From: Acinetobacter phage vB_ApiM_fHyAci03
Sequence record: NC_049438.1
DNA: 64,000 nt
Direction: 5' to 3' (one strand)
The notes below the pieces were generated by a model. That model saw nothing but the letters and a program-made list of their open reading frames with translations, did not search any database and was not told where the DNA came from. Of this stretch, positions 58,084-64,000 are shown in pieces. Position numbers and translations under genes: made by a program. Each line of letters opens with the position of its first letter. Position 1 is the stretch's first letter.

Positions 58084-58815
58084 ATGAACACTTCAATCAA
58101 AGACCAACAACCCTCAGCACAGGCTGAAGATGGCACACTTACACCTGAAAAAAATGGAAATGATTCACATCGTAGCTCTCTACCTGGGTTTGATTTTATA
58201 TTTGGCTTATTGAATATACTATTCAAGGATGGAGCAACAGGAAAACTTCTCGCATCTCGAGTAGCAGCCCTTTTTGCAGTGTTTATCATGATAATGATTT
58301 GGGTGAAAGCTGATGCTATAGGAAAATTATACGTAGAGGCGTCATATGAAAAGTATGCTCAAGCTATCCAAGCTGAACGCACAAAGAGGTTTAACGCGAC
58401 CATTCAAGAGCAACTCCAAATAGCGCATGTCGCATCGGGCGCTGACTTCTCAGCAGTATACGTTTTCAGACCTAAAAACTTAAACTACTTTGTAGACTTA
58501 GAGGTTTATGAAGGGCGAATCCCACCTACAGTAGATCCGAAGAACATGGGCGGATATCCAGTCGATAAAACATCAAATGAATATATTGCTCATTTAAGTG
58601 GACAATCATTCACTACTGATTCAGAATTCGGTTATCTTCCGACTACAGAAGATGAGAAAGGCGTAACATTCATGTACAGTTGCCCATATTTTAATCTCGA
58701 TAACATTTATTCGGGTTCTGTTGCAATGTATTGGTATCAACATCCAAGAGTTGCCAAAAAGCGACTTGATTCAATATGTAACCAAGCCGCTAGAGCAATA
58801 GGGCGTGCTAGATAA
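58084..58815 (+). CDS. t: Holin T
   Basis: 243 aa (T4 T is 218 aa). Strong identity: GKLLASRVAALFAVFIMIMIW (TM segment), EQLQIAHVASGADFSAVYVFRPKNLNYFVD, GGYPVDKT, MYSCPYFNLDNIYSG, SICNQAARAIGRA. Confidence 0.9.
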   Translation: MNTSIKDQQPSAQAEDGTLTPEKNGNDSHRSSLPGFDFIFGLLNILFKDGATGKLLASRVAALFAVFIMIMIWVKADAIGKLYVEASYEKYAQAIQAERTKRFNATIQEQLQIAHVASGADFSAVYVFRPKNLNYFVDLEVYEGRIPPTVDPKNMGGYPVDKTSNEYIAHLSGQSFTTDSEFGYLPTTEDEKGVTFMYSCPYFNLDNIYSGSVAMYWYQHPRVAKKRLDSICNQAARAIGRAR

Positions 58816-59091
58816 TTAGAACTTAGCAGTGTTAGTGTACATTGCTAATTTTTTGTAGATCGGTGCATGTCCGACATTGAATTCATTGATAAGTTTTTCT
58901 TTTTGGCGAGTTGTAATGTCTTGTGTTAAGTTGAAAAGGTTGCCAGCGGTGACCTTTTTGCTGTTAATAGTGATGCCAAGCTCATTTAAAAATGCAATGA
59001 ATAAATTCTTGTCTTCAAGGATGTCATCATGCCCAAATTTGATAAGAATTGATACAACAGCAATGATTTCTGCAAGAGTTTCGTATACCAT
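58816..59091 (-). CDS. asiA: Anti-sigma70 factor AsiA
   Basis: 91 aa (T4 AsiA is 90 aa). AVVSILIKFGHDDILEDKNLFIAFLNELGIT versus T4 TVASILIKFSREDIVENRANFIAFLNEIGVT. C-terminal YTN. Confidence 0.85.
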   Translation of the reverse strand: MVYETLAEIIAVVSILIKFGHDDILEDKNLFIAFLNELGITINSKKVTAGNLFNLTQDITTRQKEKLINEFNVGHAPIYKKLAMYTNTAKF

Positions 59092-59102
59092 GATAGAGTT
59101 CC

Positions 59103-59732
59103 TTAAATGTTGAAGAATTTGATGATTGTGTCGATTAGAATTTCAATGTTCTCTAAAGAACGTGGCATATCAAAATATGTTTGTGCCGGAGCAGATCGAT
59201 ATGTCATTCCAATTGATGCAAATAAGTCTATAGTTTCTTGAGACGGCTTACGAATACAAACACGGATTTCAGGTTTGTTTTTAATTTCGATAGAGCCTAT
59301 ACCTTTGCAACGTTTCTCAAATATAATAAAGATGTTACTTCGGCTTGTTGTAACTTCTTTAATAGCAATTTTGCCTTTGAGATATTCAACTGCATGATCA
59401 CGACATGATTCCATGTCTTTGGTGATTTCGCGTTTTGTGGAGCCATTGCGTTTAACAAGTAGATCAGGACGTTCAGCAGCAACGAATAAATTCATTGCAG
59501 TTTCGACAAGTTCATCACCTAAAACTGAAATGATGTACATGTCATTTGATTCTTCAATGAGGCCACATTGTAACAATTCTTCCAGGTGATCACCTAATTC
59601 ATCTTTAGTATGGTATTGAGTACCATATAGTTTAAGTAATAATTTTAAACCTTGATCACTCGGTACGTTGCATAGATTTAACTGTTTAGACGCTTGTCTC
59701 AGATAAAACAATTTATCCATTTTTATTCCCAA
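59103..59732 (-). CDS. motA: Middle-transcription activator MotA
   Basis: 209 aa (T4 MotA is 211 aa). Block KEVTTSRSNIFIIFEKRCKGIGSIEIKN resembles T4 KKVEIYRSNYLAILEKRTNGIRNFEINN. Next to asiA. No arn-like ORF in between. Confidence 0.7.
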   Translation of the reverse strand: MGIKMDKLFYLRQASKQLNLCNVPSDQGLKLLLKLYGTQYHTKDELGDHLEELLQCGLIEESNDMYIISVLGDELVETAMNLFVAAERPDLLVKRNGSTKREITKDMESCRDHAVEYLKGKIAIKEVTTSRSNIFIIFEKRCKGIGSIEIKNKPEIRVCIRKPSQETIDLFASIGMTYRSAPAQTYFDMPRSLENIEILIDTIIKFFNI

Positions 59733-59780
59733 TTATTTGATAAGTCTATAATATCAAAAATTGCTATCAATGTAAACAAC

Positions 59781-59805
59781 AAAAGGGACCTTATGGTCCC
59801 TTTTT
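59781..59805 (-). terminator. Terminator after gene 52 (- strand)
   Basis: AAAAGGGACC-TTAT-GGTCCCTTTTT, palindromic with flanking A and T runs. Confidence 0.55.
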
Positions 59806-59807
59806 AA

Positions 59808-61151
59808 TCACTTAATTTTAGAAAGTTCATCTAAATCTTTTTTGTACTCCGCATAAGGAGTAGTTGATTGCCAGTATTCAACTTCAGCCTTAGCTTCATG
59901 TGCACGTTTCTTGAGATTTTCGACTTCATCATCAGTCATATGATAGATGTTCATTGATACCAGTTGATCTTCAAATCCAACAAACACCGAAGTTTTAGAT
60001 AACTCTTCTTTCAACTGAGCACGTGTTCTGCCTTTAACTGCAATGTTACCAAGATTGACTTCTTTGATAAACAATGCTTTGGCAATCGCGAGTTTGAATG
60101 TTTCTTCAGCTTTAGACTTCATGTACTCGATTCGTTTTGCGATAAACTTCAACCGAACTTTAACAAAGTGCTCGATTAATTGTGCAGCAGTTTCAAATTT
60201 GTCATTGAGCTTTCCATTTTCATCGATAACAACAATGTTTTGTGATACACGTTCAACCAATTTAAAATCACGTTTAATTTTTTCATCGGCTAAAACACTG
60301 TCACTCGGCAAATTATAATCTTTGCGGAACTTGACTTTAAATCCGAAACCTTTCTTCGAGCAGTCATCGTCGTATGAGATAAGACCTGCATCTTCAAGAG
60401 GATCAAGAACCTTTTCAACATATTTTGCACGATCCCATGAATATGGAATTTCAGAAATGTACATTTGAGTTTTTGAAGTTAATTCATAGACTCCGTGAAG
60501 TTCATATTTGCCCGGTTCAATATAACGAACTTCACCATTGAATTCTGGGAATGCTACTTCCGGTTCAATTTCAAGGTTACCTTCAAGAGCCATCTTTGTG
60601 CAATGTACTATTGATGAAAAACTATGTGGCAAGATAGAAGTCGAATAGCCTGTTGCAATACCACGTACACCATTTAAAAGTACTGTTGGAATAACTGGCA
60701 AATAGAACTTAGGCGGAAGATGTTCTTTGTCTTCATGTTCTGGAGCAATTTCATGGTCTTTAAACACTTTATTAAAGTTTTCAGAAATTCGACAGAAAAT
60801 ATAACGAGATGCAGCAGATTCTTGTACAAGACGAGAACCAAAGTTACCTTGCCCATCTAAAAATGGGAAGTTGTTATTCCATGTGTTTGCCATTAAAGCG
60901 CCAGCTTCTTGAGCCGAATTTTCACCATGGTGATAACCAGCATCAGCAACTCCACCAGCAACTGAAGCAAGTTTATGCATTTTGTCCTTATTGCCTTTAG
61001 CTAGTTGAATTGCGCGATAAATCATGAATCGTTGAACTGGCTTAAAGCCATCAATCATATTAGGAATCGCACGATTCTCGACTGTGTACATCGCATAAGC
61101 TTTAGCTTCATGATTAACGATGTCAGTCAATTCACGTTCAGTGTTTTGCAT
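59808..61151 (-). CDS. 52: DNA topoisomerase II medium subunit gp52
   Basis: 447 aa (T4 gp52 is 442 aa). GyrA-like N-terminal region with NMIDGFKPVQR, and the active-site region around SRYIFCRIS. Confidence 0.9.
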   Translation of the reverse strand: MQNTERELTDIVNHEAKAYAMYTVENRAIPNMIDGFKPVQRFMIYRAIQLAKGNKDKMHKLASVAGGVADAGYHHGENSAQEAGALMANTWNNNFPFLDGQGNFGSRLVQESAASRYIFCRISENFNKVFKDHEIAPEHEDKEHLPPKFYLPVIPTVLLNGVRGIATGYSTSILPHSFSSIVHCTKMALEGNLEIEPEVAFPEFNGEVRYIEPGKYELHGVYELTSKTQMYISEIPYSWDRAKYVEKVLDPLEDAGLISYDDDCSKKGFGFKVKFRKDYNLPSDSVLADEKIKRDFKLVERVSQNIVVIDENGKLNDKFETAAQLIEHFVKVRLKFIAKRIEYMKSKAEETFKLAIAKALFIKEVNLGNIAVKGRTRAQLKEELSKTSVFVGFEDQLVSMNIYHMTDDEVENLKKRAHEAKAEVEYWQSTTPYAEYKKDLDELSKIK

Positions 61152-61231
61152 AGATTGGTTCCTCTGTATTTTTGTTCATTATAAACACAAAACTGGTTAA
61201 GCACAAACTTAACCAGCTAATTTGAAACGAG

Positions 61232-61390
61232 TTACTTGATTAATTTAAAACAAATAACAAATGTGATGATTGAAGTTAATGCCAAGCCAAACAAATATCC
61301 AGAATCCATAAAATCCATCGGTGGCATCATTTTATGTACTGTTGCATAACAGAACATTAACACAAGGCCTAAAAGTTGATTATTGCTCAT
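61232..61390 (-). CDS. Small hydrophobic membrane peptide (52 aa), Ac-like by position and size; not in the provided ORF track
   Basis: Hand translation: MSNNQLLGLVLMFCYATVHKMMPPMDFMDSGYLFGLALTSIITFVICFKLIK. Lies between ndd and gene 52, where T4 has ac (51 aa). Confidence 0.35.
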   Translation of the reverse strand: MSNNQLLGLVLMFCYATVHKMMPPMDFMDSGYLFGLALTSIITFVICFKLIK

Positions 61391-61401
61391 AGGTGCTCCA
61401 A

Positions 61402-61860
61402 TTAGTACTTCTGTGCGCGAAATTTAAAGTTGTCATTCAACATACGATTCATTTCTTCTAGATTTTGGAATGAATCTGCGTGTTGACGTGTTAGAGCTAA
61501 TGCGAGTTTGCCTTTGCCATAACCATTAGTAATAGCTTTCATTTTGTCTAGGCTAACATAATGAATATCAAATGAAGAGAATGATCCCATAATCATTTCA
61601 CCTGTTTTAGTGCGACGTAAGCGAATTTGTGACACGATGTTTCGTAACCCGGAACCGGTACGTTGACGTCCTACATAAAAACGTGCATAAACTTCTTGGC
61701 GGCTTGTGTGAACTAAAAAGTAGAAGCCAGGCTTTGTCAGATCTGAAACTGGTGGTTCAGTTGTATGAGGTTCATATAGAGCACCTTTAGCTGTCAATCG
61801 AGCAATAAATTGACTTTTAACTAAACGAAGGTCTTTAAGCATCATAAGAGATTTGTTCAT
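61402..61860 (-). CDS. ndd: Nucleoid disruption protein Ndd
   Basis: 152 aa (T4 Ndd is 151 aa). KPGFYFLV, ARFYVGRQR, GYGKGKLALALTRQHADSFQNLEEMNRMLNDNFKF match T4 Ndd. Confidence 0.85.
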   Translation of the reverse strand: MNKSLMMLKDLRLVKSQFIARLTAKGALYEPHTTEPPVSDLTKPGFYFLVHTSRQEVYARFYVGRQRTGSGLRNIVSQIRLRRTKTGEMIMGSFSSFDIHYVSLDKMKAITNGYGKGKLALALTRQHADSFQNLEEMNRMLNDNFKFRAQKY

Positions 61861-61922
61861 TTCATATTTCCTGTATCATATTTTGATAAGACAATTATAT
61901 ACACATTCATTTGTGTTGTAAA

Positions 61923-62543
61923 CTAAAATGTGTGAATATTTAACATGTGTTTCAAATGTCCGAGCGACTTATCGTTGATGTAGTAACCACCATTTCTAAA
62001 GTTTGAGCGATTAACTACACGTGGCCGTATTAGGGCGTGTCGATCACAAAGTAAACGAGGTGTCAGGCAGATGTCTTCAGGAGAATTTTCGATTGCATCA
62101 AAAATTACGATAACATCTGCAACGCCGGTTTCAAGGAATGGCCTCACGTTAACACCAGGGTACCCATTGTCCGAGAAGTATTGACCGCCTTTAGAATGGA
62201 TCGTAATGAAGTTTGATTTTTGATTCTGGTGTGTCTTTACTTCAACTCTAATACCGTTGTATTTGATATTACCTAACACATCAAATGCATAAGAAAGAGG
62301 ATCATCAGAGTTTTCGTTACCATGGTTCACCCATCCTTCAAGCCATTCTGCAACATATTGTTCAGCCAATTGGGCAATGGCACAACGAACTAAAACTTCT
62401 TGGCGATCTTGATTAGGGTCTAATCCCATTGAATATTCAACAGTGGCCATAATTTTAGCAACACTTTCTGTTGAAAGATGTTTATACGTCAATGAAACTT
62501 CTTTAAGTTCTGTTAATCTAATGTAGCCTGGATTGGTTTTCAT
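61923..62543 (-). CDS. Hypothetical protein in the denB position (adjacent to rIIB); start likely at MKTNPGY
   Basis: The first 11 codons of the track ORF (61923..62576) are encoded by the terminator hairpin. A GAGG Shine-Dalgarno lies 6 nt before the ATG at 62543. Confidence 0.35.
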   Translation of the reverse strand: MKTNPGYIRLTELKEVSLTYKHLSTESVAKIMATVEYSMGLDPNQDRQEVLVRCAIAQLAEQYVAEWLEGWVNHGNENSDDPLSYAFDVLGNIKYNGIRVEVKTHQNQKSNFITIHSKGGQYFSDNGYPGVNVRPFLETGVADVIVIFDAIENSPEDICLTPRLLCDRHALIRPRVVNRSNFRNGGYYINDKSLGHLKHMLNIHTF

Positions 62544-62554
62544 AGATACCTCAA

Positions 62555-62574
62555 GAGGAGCCTTACGGCTCCTC
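62555..62574 (-). terminator. Terminator hairpin after rIIB
   Basis: GAGGAGCC-TTAC-GGCTCCTC immediately after the rIIB stop. Confidence 0.5.
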
Positions 62575-62580
62575 ATTCAA

Positions 62581-63879
62581 TTAGTTAGCTTCACCAAGTA
62601 CTTCATATTTGCAAGTGCGCATTTTGGCATTGTTGTAGTCAACCGGAATTGATACTACATCACGTGGATGGACTTTAACTTTCATGACTTTGCAATCATA
62701 TGATGTTGCATAATGGTCTAGATACGACTTCGAACAAACATGTAAGCCATTTGAACAGGTTTCGTGATCGTTTTCATTTACCATATTTCGTGGCATCTCT
62801 ACAATTTTTCCAGGACTATTATCAATTGTGCCTGTATAGAGATCTTTAAAGTCCGATGAAACTTTCTTCCATGCAATAAAGTATCCATCATCCGTGATTT
62901 CGATATCATTTGCTTGCAAGAAGTCAAACAATCGAGTAACTGCACGTTCAGATGGATTAAGCATCAAGTTTTCTAAAAATGGCAAGTAGAATTCAAAATC
63001 TTCACCTGCTTGCATCGAATTGATGATTCGTGTTGTTAAACCAGAACGAACTTCAAATCCTTTGTAGAACAGCTGCCCATCCTTAATTTCAATGTTGCCT
63101 TTGACATATTTTGTTACTGCACTTTCGGTATTGATTAGATCAATTGCCGTTTCAACGTCACCGTCGATAAGCATTTGAAGTGCTTCTTGGAAATTGTCAT
63201 GCGACGAGTCTGCATTATATGTTTTGCGTCCTTTTACAATTGAGATAAACTTAGCTGAAGCAGTCCATGTAGCCTCTACATATTTGTCTTTAGAATCCTC
63301 TTCTTCAGGGACGTGAGTGGCATCAAATGGACCATTGGGCTCATATGCTGGATTATCCACCAATGCAAAGTTTTTGTCATCTTCAAATCTAACTTCAGGC
63401 AATGATGAATCTACAGTCGCAATATCTTTGATGTCTTCTTTACGGTGATATTCAGGCTCAATGCGAATAACAATTTTTCCGACACGAATCCGTTTCATTA
63501 CGCCAATGTCAGTGTCATAGAATGCCCAGTTCTCGAAATTTTCGTCATTCATCATTTCTCCCTCTTCAAGCTTTTCAGAGTAGAGGTCGTTTGCATAAAT
63601 GACGCCGTCTTTAGGATCACCGGTTACAATAAATTCATATGCACAAACTGTACCTTTTGCATAAAGAATTTTAGTTTTATCCGCTAATTCATAGAGTTCT
63701 TCACCTACAGTGCCATGAACTTTAACAAATAGTTCAAGCTGATCTGCGTATTTGTTTTGGATGCGACGAACGGTATCAACTGAGCAATTTAATGCAGATG
63801 CAATTGTCTTTTGCTTGACACCTGATGCACGTCCAATTAATAATAATCCAGCGATTTCATGTTTAACTAACTTAGCCAT
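62581..63879 (-). CDS. rIIB: rIIB protein (membrane-associated lysis inhibition / exclusion protein)
   Basis: 432 aa. C-terminal ~230 aa match T4 rIIB closely (GNIEIKDGQLFYKGFEVRSGL, EDFEFYLPFLENLMLNPSERAVTRLFDFLQANDIEITDDGYF, SNGLHVCSKSY, VHPRDVVSIPVDYNNAKMRTCKYEV). N-terminal HTH-like IASALNCSVDTVRRI. Confidence 0.85.
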   Translation of the reverse strand: MAKLVKHEIAGLLLIGRASGVKQKTIASALNCSVDTVRRIQNKYADQLELFVKVHGTVGEELYELADKTKILYAKGTVCAYEFIVTGDPKDGVIYANDLYSEKLEEGEMMNDENFENWAFYDTDIGVMKRIRVGKIVIRIEPEYHRKEDIKDIATVDSSLPEVRFEDDKNFALVDNPAYEPNGPFDATHVPEEEDSKDKYVEATWTASAKFISIVKGRKTYNADSSHDNFQEALQMLIDGDVETAIDLINTESAVTKYVKGNIEIKDGQLFYKGFEVRSGLTTRIINSMQAGEDFEFYLPFLENLMLNPSERAVTRLFDFLQANDIEITDDGYFIAWKKVSSDFKDLYTGTIDNSPGKIVEMPRNMVNENDHETCSNGLHVCSKSYLDHYATSYDCKVMKVKVHPRDVVSIPVDYNNAKMRTCKYEVLGEAN

Positions 63880-64000
63880 GACTTCTTTCCTATAAAAGAG
63901 TGTAGAATAATTATATAACTATTTGAGTGTAAAGTAAACTTCTTTACATAAAAATTCATATAGCCACCATGCGTAGAGCACTACGATGGTGACAATAAAA

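Overview
This window is a contiguous, AT-rich block from a T4-like (Tevenvirinae-type) lytic myovirus. It is collinear with the T4 map from gene 17 (terminase large subunit, 5'-truncated at the window edge) through rIIB.

Gene order, left to right:
- Head and tail structural block on the + strand: 17(partial)-18-19-20-67-68-21-22-23-24.
- hoc and inh on the - strand, then uvsW on the + strand.
- Baseplate hub: 25-26 on the - strand, then 51-27-28-29-48-54 and alt on the + strand.
- A long - strand early/middle block: 30 (DNA ligase), gp31, cd, a Nudix hydrolase, pseT, rnlA(63), nrdB, nrdA, td, frd, 32, 59, 33, dsbA, rnh.
- Long tail fiber operon 34-35-36-37 and holin t on the + strand.
- asiA, motA, 52, ac-like, ndd, a denB-position gene and rIIB on the - strand.

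There are no tRNAs, no CRISPR array, and no integrase or other lysogeny functions.

Features that depart from the T4 template:
1. A 476-aa multidomain nuclease gene (Zn-ribbon + Vsr/DUF559-like PD-(D/E)XK core + unknown C-terminal domain) sits on the opposite strand between genes 23 and 24, where T4 carries segD.
2. A freestanding HNH endonuclease gene is fused by an ATGA overlap to the end of uvsW.
3. gp27 (baseplate hub) carries an extra ~140-aa C-terminal CHAP/NlpC-P60-like Cys-His peptidase domain.
4. gp37 is long (1259 aa), contains a perfect 54-bp tandem duplication, and is followed directly by holin t with no gene 38.
5. An ~80-bp element with a 36/36-identical core is present in two distant intergenic regions, about 17.0 kb and 48.2 kb.
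6. Recognisable uvsY and denA are absent from their syntenic positions, and a 300-bp hairpin-rich non-coding stretch replaces denA.
7. Regulatory grammar: canonical T4 late promoters (TATAAATA) at the expected late genes; two divergent late-promoter pairs, the gp26/gp51 pair formed by one 12-bp palindrome; and a stereotyped family of GC-stem terminators, several of them bidirectional or abutting a late promoter.
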